Part shown: positions 28,177 to 37,816 of the stretch, in pieces
Position numbering within the stretch: the first letter of the stretch is position 1
Layout of the letters: every line of letters begins with the position of its first letter
Assembly: GCA_963769025.1 (NCBI GenBank)
Contig: CAVYKI010000009.1
Span: forward strand, 448,001 to 512,000
Direction: 5' to 3'
Source: an uncultured Verrucomicrobiae bacterium
GTDB taxonomy: Bacteria > Verrucomicrobiota > Verrucomicrobiia > Chthoniobacterales > Chthoniobacteraceae
DNA length: 64,000 bases
Translations under genes and position numbers: made by a program
Notes under the pieces: model-generated
Told to the model about the DNA's origin: nothing
Seen by the model: the letters and a program-made list of their open reading frames with translations, nothing else
Databases searched by the model: none

Positions 28177-29618
28177 TGTTTCCCAAGTCCCTCCGCTGGC
28201 GGATTCAGATTTGGCACGGCTTTCTGCTCGCTGCTGTGCTGACCGGTTTCGCCTTCGCGGCGTACCGCTATCAGGCGGCAAATGATGTGCGCCGGCTGGA
28301 CGGTGAATTGCGCCAGCGCGTCCGCGCGCTCGCCGACGGGTTGCCAGGCTCCCGCGGTCCCGGAGGTCCCGGAGGTCCGGGTGGGACCCAAGCCGGGCGC
28401 TGTTGGCGCGCCGGAGTTCAGGCTACCCGCATCGCGCGCGATGTTCGAGCCGGCGGATGTTTCAGGTTTTTACTACATCGTATGGCGGCGGGACGGCTCG
28501 GAATGGGCGCGTTCCCCCCGTGCGCCGAGGGATGTCGAGATGCCCACCTCTGCCTTGACGCATCCGGCGGTGCAGGCGGAGCGAACGAGGGGACTCCTGC
28601 GGGAAGTGTACACCTTTACCCCGCCGGGCGAGTGCCTGCTCGCCGGCCGATCGAGCGAGCGGGAGCAGGCCGCCCTGCGCGAGTATGCGCGCTGGCTCGC
28701 CGCGATATCCGGCGGCGTGCTGGTGTTTGGCCTGGCCGTCGGGTGGTGGATAGCCGCGCGCGCGATCCGCCCCTTCGGGGTCATCGCTGCGGCTGCACGA
28801 CGGATTGCGGCCGGGGAACTGGGCGAGCGCATTGCCTCGGGGAGACCGAAAGCGAACTCGGACGTCTTTCCACGACGCTGAATGAGACCTTCGCGCAGCT
28901 CGAGGAATCGTTCGCGCGCCAGTCGCGTTTCACCGCGAATGCCGCGCATGAGTTGCGCACGCCGGTTTCCATCATCCTCGCGCAAGCGCAGCGCGTGCTC
29001 ACCCGCGAGCGCGATGCGGCGACGTATCAGCAGACGCTGGAAACGTGCGTGAACGCAGCGCGACGCCTCCAGCAGCTCACCGAGTCGCTGCTCGAACTGA
29101 ACATGCACGACGCCGGTGCGGTCACTTTGAAGATGGAGGCATGCGACATTGCCGACATCGCGCGCGAAATCGCCGGACTCGTCCAGTCGCTCGCTCACGA
29201 TCGTGGGATATCCCTGGCTCTCGACCTGATGCCCGCGCCGTGCGTCGCTGATGCCAGCCGCATCGCGCAACTGATCCTGAATTTCCTGACGAACGCGCTC
29301 GATCACACGCCGGCCGGCGGGAGCATCACGGTCCGCAGCGGTGCCGAGTCCGCGCAAGCCATCGTCAGCGTGAGCGACAACGGTCCCGGCATCGCGGATG
29401 AGCATCTGCCGCGCATCTTCGACCGTTTCTACCGGACCGACGACTCCCGCAACCGCCGCACCGGCGGCGCCGGTCTCGGACTCGCAATCTGCAAGGCCAT
29501 CGCCGATGCGCACGGAGCGACGGTCGAGGTCACGAGCGTGCCGGGGAAGGGGAGCACGTTCACTCTTCGGATTCCGGCGCGGCAGCGCGAGGAAGCTGCG
29601 ACAGCGGCGCACGTGTGA
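28173..29618 (+). CDS. HAMP-domain sensor histidine kinase; middle section lies in a shifted frame (two compensating indels)
   Basis: TM1 and the kinase core (AAHELRTP, NFLTNA, DNGPGI, FDRFYR, GAGLGL) are in one frame; the sensor, TM2 and HAMP start are in the frame of ORF 28282..28881. Confidence 0.85.
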   Translation: MMFPKSLRWRIQIWHGFLLAAVLTGFAFAAYRYQAANDVRRLDGELRQRVRALADGLPGSRGPGGPGGPGGTQAGRCWRAGVQATRIARDVRAGGCFRFLLHRMAAGRLGMGAFPPCAEGCRDAHLCLDASGGAGGANEGTPAGSVHLYPAGRVPARRPIERAGAGRPARVCALARRDIRRRAGVWPGRRVVDSRARDPPLRGHRCGCTTDCGRGTGRAHCLGETESELGRLSTTLNETFAQLEESFARQSRFTANAAHELRTPVSIILAQAQRVLTRERDAATYQQTLETCVNAARRLQQLTESLLELNMHDAGAVTLKMEACDIADIAREIAGLVQSLAHDRGISLALDLMPAPCVADASRIAQLILNFLTNALDHTPAGGSITVRSGAESAQAIVSVSDNGPGIADEHLPRIFDRFYRTDDSRNRRTGGAGLGLAICKAIADAHGATVEVTSVPGKGSTFTLRIPARQREEAATAAHV

Positions 29619-29662
29619 ACATTGCGCTTGTGCGCGATCGAGGCGTGTGCGAAGCGGCGCGG

Positions 29663-30568
29663 ATGCGGCAACAGGAAGAAAATACCGGCTTTGTGCTCGT
29701 GACCGTCGCGTCCGGCGCGCGGAGCCTGCACTCGCTGGAACACGGCGAGACGTTTCATCCCGTCGTCGGTCCGATGGCCGAGGCCCATGGCCTTCACGTG
29801 GCGCAGTCGCGTCTTGCCGAGCGGGCGGGGAAGTGTGAGCGGCCCTTTGTGATTTGGGACATCGGCCTTGGCGCGGGCGCAAATGCAGTCGCGGTTCTGG
29901 AGGCGATGGCGGAAGTGGAATGCCCGGCGCGGGTGGAATTGCACAGTTTCGATTCCACGACGGAGCCGCTCGAATTCGCGCTGACTCACGCCCGTGAACT
30001 CGAATACCTGCTGCGGTGGCAGGAACCTGCCGGGCGCCTCATTCAAATGGGTCGCGCGTCCACGGGAAATGTGGACTGGCATTTTCACCGCGGCGACTTC
30101 CGTGAGTTCGTCCGCGCTCCGCGCACGGTGGAGGCGCCGGACGCAATTCTTTACGATCCGTATTCCCCGGAGGTGAACCCAGGCATGTGGACGCTGGAGC
30201 ATTTCACCCATCTGCGCGCGTGCCTGGACCCGGCGCGTCCCTGCACGCTCACGAGCTACAGCCGCTCGACGGCCGTGCGGGTGACGCTCGTGCTCGCGGG
30301 CTTTTTCACCGGGCGCGGCGGGGCGATTGGGGAAAAGGATCAGACGACCGTGGCCGCGACGCATCGCGAACTGCTCGCGCAGCCGCTCGATGCGCAATGG
30401 CTCGGTCGCGTGGAGCGCTCGACGCGCGGCGCACCTCGGCGGGAAGGCGTGGGTGGCGGTCCGATTTCGTCGGCGGATTTTGCCGTGCTCCGCGGGCGCG
30501 TTGGCGTAGCGGCACGCGCTGCCGATCCGAGGGCGATGGGAGCGTGCATTTCAAAAAATGGCCGCTAA
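29663..30568 (+). CDS. MnmC/MnmD-like SAM-dependent methyltransferase
   Basis: GETFHP, WDIGLGAGAN, GDF, YDPYSPEVNPGMW, LTSYSRSTAVR. Confidence 0.8.
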   Translation: MRQQEENTGFVLVTVASGARSLHSLEHGETFHPVVGPMAEAHGLHVAQSRLAERAGKCERPFVIWDIGLGAGANAVAVLEAMAEVECPARVELHSFDSTTEPLEFALTHARELEYLLRWQEPAGRLIQMGRASTGNVDWHFHRGDFREFVRAPRTVEAPDAILYDPYSPEVNPGMWTLEHFTHLRACLDPARPCTLTSYSRSTAVRVTLVLAGFFTGRGGAIGEKDQTTVAATHRELLAQPLDAQWLGRVERSTRGAPRREGVGGGPISSADFAVLRGRVGVAARAADPRAMGACISKNGR

Positions 30569-30613
30569 GGTTGGGATTCCCTCGGGACTTCTCCCCACAA
30601 CCCTTCCCACCCT

Positions 30614-32077
30614 ATGATCCGCATCCCTGGACAACCCGGCCGCGACCTCTGCGATTCCCACCTCGGCGTCACCCGGCGCGATCTCCTGCGCGTCGGCGGC
30701 AGCGCGCTGATGGGGCTCACGCTCGGCTCCCTCTTTTCCCTGCAAGCGCGTGCGCGCGCGGCAGGAAGCGCCCCGGGCTGGGGGAAGGCGAAGCATATCG
30801 TGATGGTGTATCTGCAGGGTGGCCCGTCGCATCTCGACCTGTGGGATCCGAAGGAAAATCTGCCGGACAAAATGCGCAGCCCGTTCAAGAGCATCCCGAC
30901 GCGGATTCCCGGGGTGCATTTTTCCGAGGTGCTGCCGGAACTGGCGAAACTGAACGACAAGTTTTCCATGATCCGGTCGATGAGTTACACGCCGAACGGG
31001 CTCTTCAACCATACGGCTGCGATTTACCAAATCATGACCGGCTACACGACGGACAAGGTTTCGCCGTCCGGCCAGCTGGAGCCGCCGAATGCGAAGGATT
31101 ATCCGAACTTTGGGAGCAACATCATCCGGCTGAAGCCGCCGACGGAGCCGGTGCTGCCGTTCGTGATGCTGCCGCGTCCGCTCCAGGAATCGAACGTGGT
31201 CGGCAAAGGAGGGACCGCGGGATTCCTTGGCAAGGCTTACGATCCGTACACGCTTTTCCCAGAGGGAGACGACCTTGATCTTTCGAAGATGAACCGCGTG
31301 AAGGTGGACGACTTGAAGCTGCGTCCCGACGTTTTTGCGACGCGACTGCAGCGCCGCGCACGGCTGCGCACGGCGATCGAGGATTCGATGCCGGACATCG
31401 AGAAGGCCGTCGCGAACTACCAGCTCGACGAATATTACGACAAGGCGCTGAACCTCATCAGCAACGGCAAGGCACGCGAGGCGTTTGAAATCGACCGAGA
31501 GGACGACAAGATGCGTGCGCGTTACGGGCTGAATACGTTTGGCCAGAGCCTGCTCCTCACGCGTCGGCTCATCGAGGCGGGGACACGAGTCGTCGAGGTG
31601 ATCTGGCCGAAGGTGGCGAACAGCGACAACCATTCGTGGGACATGCATGCGGGTCTCACGAACCGCATGAAGGATCAGGCCGCGCCGATGCTCGACAAGG
31701 GTTTCTCGGCCTTTCTGCAGGACATGGAGTCGCGCGGATTGCTCGAGGAAACGCTCGTTGTCGCGCTTGGGGAATTTGGCCGCAGCCCTGAAAAGGGCGT
31801 GAGCACGAGCGGCAACGTGAACAGCGCGGATGGACGCGATCACTGGCCGTATTGCTATTCCGCGATCGTCACAGGGGCGGGGATGAAGCGCGGGTATGTC
31901 CACGGGGAAAGTGACGCGACCGGCGCGAGCCCGAGGGAGAAGCCGGTGCATCCGACCGAGCTGCTCGCGAGCATCTACCACTCTGTCGGCATCGACCCCG
32001 AGACGATCGTTTACAACCACCTCAACCAGCCGCGCGAACTGGTGAAGGCGAAGCCGGTGAACGAGCTGTTCGCCTGA
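30614..32077 (+). CDS. DUF1501 domain protein (Tat-like signal)
   Basis: [55 protein letters not shown]. Confidence 0.93.
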   Translation: MIRIPGQPGRDLCDSHLGVTRRDLLRVGGSALMGLTLGSLFSLQARARAAGSAPGWGKAKHIVMVYLQGGPSHLDLWDPKENLPDKMRSPFKSIPTRIPGVHFSEVLPELAKLNDKFSMIRSMSYTPNGLFNHTAAIYQIMTGYTTDKVSPSGQLEPPNAKDYPNFGSNIIRLKPPTEPVLPFVMLPRPLQESNVVGKGGTAGFLGKAYDPYTLFPEGDDLDLSKMNRVKVDDLKLRPDVFATRLQRRARLRTAIEDSMPDIEKAVANYQLDEYYDKALNLISNGKAREAFEIDREDDKMRARYGLNTFGQSLLLTRRLIEAGTRVVEVIWPKVANSDNHSWDMHAGLTNRMKDQAAPMLDKGFSAFLQDMESRGLLEETLVVALGEFGRSPEKGVSTSGNVNSADGRDHWPYCYSAIVTGAGMKRGYVHGESDATGASPREKPVHPTELLASIYHSVGIDPETIVYNHLNQPRELVKAKPVNELFA

Positions 32078-32122
32078 CCTCGGGCGCACTCTGCTTCGCA
32101 CGGCCCGGGAAGGCACTTTCCC

Positions 32123-32644
32123 TCACGAGCTAAAGACGCGTCGCGCAAGCCTCAGCAGGCGCAGATCGATCCCGAGTCCGGCCCGGCGCACCGCGGCGGT
32201 GTTGATTTCGACATGCGGGGTGTCCCCGTCCATCACAAAGCCGATCATCCCGCCCTGCTGCGCGAATCCATCGGATTCACCCACGGTGAGGATGCCCGCC
32301 GTTCCGAGGCTATCGAGAATCGCGGCGATGTTTCCGCGTTCCGACTTGCCGATGAAAATGATCTGGCAGTCTTTCAGCTCCTCGATGCTCTTGGAGCGCT
32401 TGACGTTCATCTTGGCCAATGCTTCGCCAAATGAATCCTCTCCAAGGATGCCGACCTTGATCGATGTGCTGCTGCCGGGTGGCCACCTCACGAACCCAGG
32501 AAATTTCGCCAGCATGTCCGCTTTCTTTGGATACTCCGTCATCGGCTCCTGGGCTTCGAGTCTCTCGGTCCCGAAAAATTGCCCGTACACGCACGCAACC
32601 ATCGCGCCGAGAATCGCCTGACACAGAAGGCGTCTGCGCGCCAT
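32123..32644 (-). CDS. YfiR/DUF4154 family protein
   Basis: EYPKKADMLAKFPGFVRWP, VGILGEDSFG, CQIIFIG, ILTVGES..GGMIGF..EIN; start uncertain. Confidence 0.82.
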   Translation of the reverse strand: MARRRLLCQAILGAMVACVYGQFFGTERLEAQEPMTEYPKKADMLAKFPGFVRWPPGSSTSIKVGILGEDSFGEALAKMNVKRSKSIEELKDCQIIFIGKSERGNIAAILDSLGTAGILTVGESDGFAQQGGMIGFVMDGDTPHVEINTAAVRRAGLGIDLRLLRLARRVFSS

Positions 32645-32960
32645 CGCCGGGAAGGCGAAGTCATCCTCCTGGGCATCCGCCTGATGAGATGGGATCACGG
32701 AATCGCGATGCCGGGCTGGCCACTGTTGCTGCCGATCCACACCGTCCGGATCGCACAGCGGGCAGCTCCGATGCTGACTTACCGCTTTCATGCAGGATTC
32801 CATGGTACTACGGGTTGAGATTCCGTCTGCCGCCTTTGTAGGCAAATCTTCCGGCGAATGTCGATTGGAAATCGGAACGCTGCATTATGCTCCTGTCGCC
32901 CCGTTTTCACTTTTCGGAGCGCGATGCGTGGCTGGTGACCTTGAACTACGGCAACCCGGC

Positions 32961-33563
32961 CTATTTCGCTTCCTTGGCCGGTGCGCTGCCGAGCTTAAGC
33001 GTCGGAACCTTTGCTTCGTCGCTCACGTTCAGCGCCACCCAGTGCCCTGCAATCGCATGCGTCGGAACGCCGCAGGCGATCCCATATTGGCCCCGATCGC
33101 CGGCCTTGAATGAAAAGGTCGCCTTGGACGTGCTCATCCCGCGGACGGGGTCGGGCGTGGACGCGCCTTTGAACGCCGGTTCTCCGAGTTGCACCTTTTT
33201 CAGCATGTCGCGCTCCACCACGATTGCGCTGTGCGGCGATGGACTTGGATTGATGAACGTCACTTCGACCGTCCATCCGGTTGGAATCGTGTAGATCGCG
33301 CTTCCGTTGGCGTGGCCGTTCAGATTCATCCACGAGTTCGCGTCAGAAAATGCGACCACCAATGTGACTTTTGCGGTTTTCGGCTGGTCGCCGAGCTTAA
33401 GAAAATCAGCCTCGCCGATCCCCGCCATGAGTTCCTTCTTCAAGCCCGCGCCGGCATGCACGGCGGGATCGTGGATCAGAGGGCTTTCAGCCGCTTGGGC
33501 GACCCATGCAAATGCGAGGAATGCAACGAAGCGCGGCAGCGACCGGAAACGGATGCCATTCAT
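32961..33563 (-). CDS. Sulfocyanin-like cupredoxin, secreted
   Basis: Signal peptide; NLNGHANG..IPTGWTVEVTFIN..PHS; GQYGIACGVPTHAIAGHW. Confidence 0.8.
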   Translation of the reverse strand: MNGIRFRSLPRFVAFLAFAWVAQAAESPLIHDPAVHAGAGLKKELMAGIGEADFLKLGDQPKTAKVTLVVAFSDANSWMNLNGHANGSAIYTIPTGWTVEVTFINPSPSPHSAIVVERDMLKKVQLGEPAFKGASTPDPVRGMSTSKATFSFKAGDRGQYGIACGVPTHAIAGHWVALNVSDEAKVPTLKLGSAPAKEAK

Positions 33564-33648
33564 GACCGATAATCCGCGGAAGCTGGCGCACCGATTTGAG
33601 GTCCTGGCATTGGGCATTTTGGCGAGGCGCTCGTGGAAGTGAGGCGGG

Positions 33649-34998
33649 CTACTTTGCCTGCAGTGGAGCTGTCACGGCCCCCGCGGGCACTTTGTCGGCG
33701 GGGACGATTTTCCACAGTGCGCCGCGCTCGCTTTGGTAAGGATCGACCGGCCCACCGTAGTTCGCGGTCGCATGCGTGACATAGAGGTTGCCTTCCTCGT
33801 CTTCGCCGCCACTGGTCGGGAGCAGTTTGATATCGAGGTCGAGCAGCTCTTGCATCTGCCATTTCCCGGCGTCGTCGCGCTTCAAGCCCCACACTTTCCC
33901 GCTCCCCCAATCGGCGGCGAAATACACGCCGTCGAGCGATGGGTAATCTTTCCCGCGGTAAACGCCAATTCCGACTACGCAGGTGCCTTGATCGATGTGG
34001 TTGTATTCCGCGACCGGCAGGACGCCGATGCGCGGAGCGCCTTTTTCCAGTTCGATGGGAAAGGGGTGGCTTCCGTGCAGCAATTTCCAGCCGTAGTTTT
34101 CGCCCCCTTTGCTGGCGGCAGGCTGGAAGTCGATCTCCTCCCAGAAATTCTGGCCGACGTCCGCGATGTACAGATCGCCGGTTTTTCGGTCGAAGGAAAA
34201 CGTCCACGGGTTGCGCAGGCCGTAAGCCCATATCTCGGGTTTCGCGCGCGGACGAATTTTCGAGAATGCCAGCTCACTCACTCCGAAGAGTGTCATCTGC
34301 TGCAGAGGCGTGATGAATGGGTTGTCCTTCGGAATGTTGTATGCGCGATCCGGCGTCTCGGAACCCACATCGATGCGCAGCATCTTCCCGAGCCATGTGT
34401 GCAAGTCCTGCCCGGAATTCAGCACGTCGCCCTCCCAGCCACCATCCCCGACGCCGATGTAGAGATATCCGTCCGGACCGAATGCCACTTTGCCGCCGTG
34501 GTGATTGCAGTAGGGGAAGTCGATCTGCATGATGACACGCGCGCTTTCAGGGTCAGCCTTGTCGGGGTTGTCCTTCGAAACGCGATACTCGGTAATCAAG
34601 GTCGAACCATTGAACCAGAGGTCGGCGTAGCTGACGTAAACGATCCCGTTCTCCTTAAATTTCGGGTGAAACTCGATGCAGTAGAGCCCCTCCTCGATGA
34701 ACGAACTGAGCGTCTTGTCGCGAATATCGAGAAAGGGTTTTTCGAGCAGTTTGCCATTCTTGACGATTCGCACCACGCCGGGGCGTTCGCACACGAAGAT
34801 GCGGCCTGAGCCATCCTTCGGGGCGGAGACGTGGATCGGATCCACGAGGCCATCGACGACTTTAACGAGGCTGATGGCGACGTTTCCCGGAAGTTTTCCG
34901 CCAGGCTGAACCGGAAGGATTCCGTTTTCCGCAGCGAGCGCCGCGAGGGTGGAAGCCGCGAATCCGGCGGCGAGGAACGTGAGGGTAGTGAGTTTCAT
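33649..34998 (-). CDS. PQQ-dependent sugar dehydrogenase (glucose/sorbosone dehydrogenase family)
   Basis: Signal peptide, EEGLYCIEFHP, NHHGGKVAFGPDGYLYIGVGDGG, GKMLRID, EIWAYGLRNPW, DVGQ, NYGW. Confidence 0.92.
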   Translation of the reverse strand: MKLTTLTFLAAGFAASTLAALAAENGILPVQPGGKLPGNVAISLVKVVDGLVDPIHVSAPKDGSGRIFVCERPGVVRIVKNGKLLEKPFLDIRDKTLSSFIEEGLYCIEFHPKFKENGIVYVSYADLWFNGSTLITEYRVSKDNPDKADPESARVIMQIDFPYCNHHGGKVAFGPDGYLYIGVGDGGWEGDVLNSGQDLHTWLGKMLRIDVGSETPDRAYNIPKDNPFITPLQQMTLFGVSELAFSKIRPRAKPEIWAYGLRNPWTFSFDRKTGDLYIADVGQNFWEEIDFQPAASKGGENYGWKLLHGSHPFPIELEKGAPRIGVLPVAEYNHIDQGTCVVGIGVYRGKDYPSLDGVYFAADWGSGKVWGLKRDDAGKWQMQELLDLDIKLLPTSGGEDEEGNLYVTHATANYGGPVDPYQSERGALWKIVPADKVPAGAVTAPLQAK

Positions 34999-35321
34999 AG
35001 GTGCACTTCCGGCTGATGTGTCCAAGGGCTTTCCTGCCAACCGGAGGCTATCGAACGCGAAGACCGCTTGTAAAGAGACGATTCGTGGGTGCGAAGCTTG
35101 TCCCCGCTTCGGTTTTGGATCTGGAGCTTTGAGGCGTTTATCCCCGGGGAGCTCTCGTCATGGGTGAACGGCATCACCGCGAAACGGGCATGCCATCTTT
35201 TGCGAATCGCTTCCATGCCGGCACTAAGACACGGGTCCTGCTCCGGGTTGTTCCGGCGACAGCATTCGCCCGTTGCGTCCCGTAGCCGGTGGTGCTAGAT
35301 AGAACCAAACCGAATCCCAAC

Positions 35322-35642
35322 ATGAGCATCACATTCACACCTGTCTTCGCGAACCTTATGGGACCGCAGGGTCTCCTCATCCTTTTCGTGCTGCTCCTCC
35401 TTTTTGGAGCGAAAAAGCTTCCCGACCTCGCAAAGGGGCTCGGTCAGGCGATTCGTGAGTTCTCCAAGGCGAAGAACGACATCACCGACGAGATCATGCG
35501 CGAATCCGTGACGCCGCCCGCGCCTTCGAGGCAGATCGAAACGCCAGTCCAGACCGCTGCGACCCAGCAACCTGCCGGCACCCAGCCCACCTCGACGCAA
35601 CAGCCTGCCCGGTCCCCCGAGCACACACAGACCCACGTCTGA
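35322..35642 (+). CDS. tatA: Twin-arginine translocase TatA/TatE subunit
   Basis: LLLFGAKKLPDLAKGLGQAIREFSKA. Confidence 0.92.
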   Translation: MSITFTPVFANLMGPQGLLILFVLLLLFGAKKLPDLAKGLGQAIREFSKAKNDITDEIMRESVTPPAPSRQIETPVQTAATQQPAGTQPTSTQQPARSPEHTQTHV

Positions 35643-35662
35643 GTCGCGCTTCCAACTCTTTC

Positions 35663-35701
35663 AAGAAAAGGCTCGCCCACACGGCGGGCCTTTTCTTTTT
35701 T
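35663..35701 (+). terminator. Rho-independent terminator after tatA
   Basis: AAGAAAAGGCTCGCC-CACAC-GGCGGGCCTTTTCTTTTTT hairpin with U-tract. Confidence 0.85.
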
Positions 35702-35711
35702 GTGCCCCGTC

Positions 35712-36617
35712 ATGAAAAGGTTGCTTCTCCTGTTGTTGGTGGCGCTCGTCGCTCCGCTGCGTGCGGAGGAGCGTGACCCGGCGGCGGGCATCGTCTTTTG
35801 CTCGTACAACCTTCGCAACTACATCGGGCTCGACCAGGCTTCCGCGGTGCGCAAGACGAAGGCAAAGCCTGAGAAGGAAATCGAAGCGCTCATTCGCGTG
35901 ATCCGCGAAATCAATCCCGACGTGCTGGGTGTTTGCGAAATGGGATCACCTGCAGCGTTCGAGGACTTCAAGGCGCGGCTCGAGAAGGCGGGGCTCGGCT
36001 ACAAGGACAGCGAGTTTCTCCAGGCTGACGACGAGGATCGCCACCTCGCGCTGGTAAGCCGTTTTCCCATCGTGCGGCGCGATTCGGTCGCAAAGGTCCG
36101 TTTCGCGCTCAATGGCACGCAGCAATCCGTGAAACGCGGCTTTCTCGATGTGACTGTGCGCGTCGCGCCCGGCTACGAACTCCGCTGCGTGGGCGTGCAT
36201 CTCAAGTCCAAGCTCCCGGTGCCCGAGGGCGAGGCGCTCCTCCGCCGGCACGAGGCGGCGAAGCTCCGCGAGCATCTCGACGCGATCCTCTCCGCGAATC
36301 CCGCGGCGAATCTGCTCTGCTACGGCGACTTCAACGACGCAAAGAACCAGCCGATGTTCACCGAGGTGAGCGGCGTCCGCGGTACGGCGAATCACATGGC
36401 GGATCTCCCGGCGCGCGATGTCCACGGGGATCGCTGGACGCATCACTGGCCGGTCGCCGACGAGTATGCGCGCATCGACTACCTGTTCGTTTCGCCCGGG
36501 CTTTTGCCGGAGGTGAAACGCGACACGGCGAAGGTCTATCGTTCCGATTTCTGGGAGCAGGCGAGCGATCACCGGCCCGTCTTCGTGACGATCGTGCCGG
36601 TGGAAAAGAACCGCTGA
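35712..36617 (+). CDS. Endonuclease/exonuclease/phosphatase family protein, secreted
   Basis: SYNLRNY, PDVLGVCE, HLKS, GDFND, IDYLF, SDHRPV. Confidence 0.92.
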   Translation: MKRLLLLLLVALVAPLRAEERDPAAGIVFCSYNLRNYIGLDQASAVRKTKAKPEKEIEALIRVIREINPDVLGVCEMGSPAAFEDFKARLEKAGLGYKDSEFLQADDEDRHLALVSRFPIVRRDSVAKVRFALNGTQQSVKRGFLDVTVRVAPGYELRCVGVHLKSKLPVPEGEALLRRHEAAKLREHLDAILSANPAANLLCYGDFNDAKNQPMFTEVSGVRGTANHMADLPARDVHGDRWTHHWPVADEYARIDYLFVSPGLLPEVKRDTAKVYRSDFWEQASDHRPVFVTIVPVEKNR

Positions 36618-36715
36618 ATTTTCCTGTCGGGCAGTCGTGCTGCGCGCGGCAATGCCGGGATGAAAGGCGCTGCCCCAGCCTTGCCACTGGCCGCGCGAAT
36701 CCGGAGGCTCCCCGA

Positions 36716-37747
36716 ATGCATCGCATCCTCCGCTGCCTCCTCATTTTTTTCTCCGCAAGCCTCTTCGCGGGGGATGCCCGTGATGACTGGGCGGCGTCGA
36801 TAGCCTTGGATGCAGGGCCCGGCGTGGATCCGAAAAATGCCGCCGATGCCATCGCGCTCTCGCTGGGGCACACGGAGAGGCAGGAAAAGGCGCTGCGTGG
36901 TTTTCTCAAAGCCCATCCCGACGATGTGCGTGCGTTCGAGGCGATGCTGCGTCTTGCGCGCGTGCTCGATCTGCGGGCGGAGATGAAGGCGCAGCCCGCC
37001 TCCGAGGAAGCGGCCAGCCTGATGGATGCGGCCGGACGAATGGCCGCGACGCCGGAGCGCCGGACCGAACTGGAATTTGCACATCTCACGCGGCGAATGC
37101 GCAAGTGGCGCAACAAGCGCCCGCCCATCGAAGAGCGGCGTGCGCTTCTTGAGCAGGCGCGGAAATTTGAATCCGCGTATCCCGAGGATAGGCGCACGCC
37201 GTCGCTCATCGCGGAGATTGCGGCGCTCTTCGATTTCGAGCCCGCGACCAAGGAGGCCCTGCTGCTGAGGGCAAAAAGAGTCGCGACGGATCCGGAATTG
37301 AAGGCACAAATCGCAGACGATCTCAGACGGCTGGCATTTCTCGGAAAGCCCCTGCCGCTGCGTTTTACCGCGCTCGATGGCCGTCGGGTCGATGTGAAAA
37401 CCTGGCAGGGAAAAGTCGTCGGGATCGTCTTCTTCACGACATGGTCCGAGCCGTCGCGGGCCGGGCTGTTTGCGCTCAGGCAGGCCACTGCGGCAGCCGG
37501 CGAGCGCGCGGAGTTCATTGCGATAAGCATCGATACGAACCGGGCCGACCTCGACGGATTCCTGCGCGCCAATGGCGTCACCTGCCCGATCGGATGGGAT
37601 GGAAAGGGCTGGGATGGACCGTTGATTCAGGCGCTCGGCATCAACTCCGTGCCGACCGCGTGGCTCCTCGATACGAAGGGCGTCCTCCGTTCGCTCGACG
37701 CGCTGGAGGAGCCCGGGGAGCAGATCCGCCGGTTGCTCGGAAGATAG
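36716..37747 (+). CDS. Helical N-domain plus TlpA-like thioredoxin-fold protein lacking CxxC
   Basis: GKPLPLRFTALDG, GKVVGIVFFTTWSEPS, IAISID, GINSVPTAWLLD. Confidence 0.8.
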   Translation: MHRILRCLLIFFSASLFAGDARDDWAASIALDAGPGVDPKNAADAIALSLGHTERQEKALRGFLKAHPDDVRAFEAMLRLARVLDLRAEMKAQPASEEAASLMDAAGRMAATPERRTELEFAHLTRRMRKWRNKRPPIEERRALLEQARKFESAYPEDRRTPSLIAEIAALFDFEPATKEALLLRAKRVATDPELKAQIADDLRRLAFLGKPLPLRFTALDGRRVDVKTWQGKVVGIVFFTTWSEPSRAGLFALRQATAAAGERAEFIAISIDTNRADLDGFLRANGVTCPIGWDGKGWDGPLIQALGINSVPTAWLLDTKGVLRSLDALEEPGEQIRRLLGR

Positions 37748-37816
37748 CGTCGCGAGTCGCAGGCTTGCTCCGCGCGCGCCGGTGCGCTTCCCTCTCGCGA
37801 CTTCACAACACGAGAC

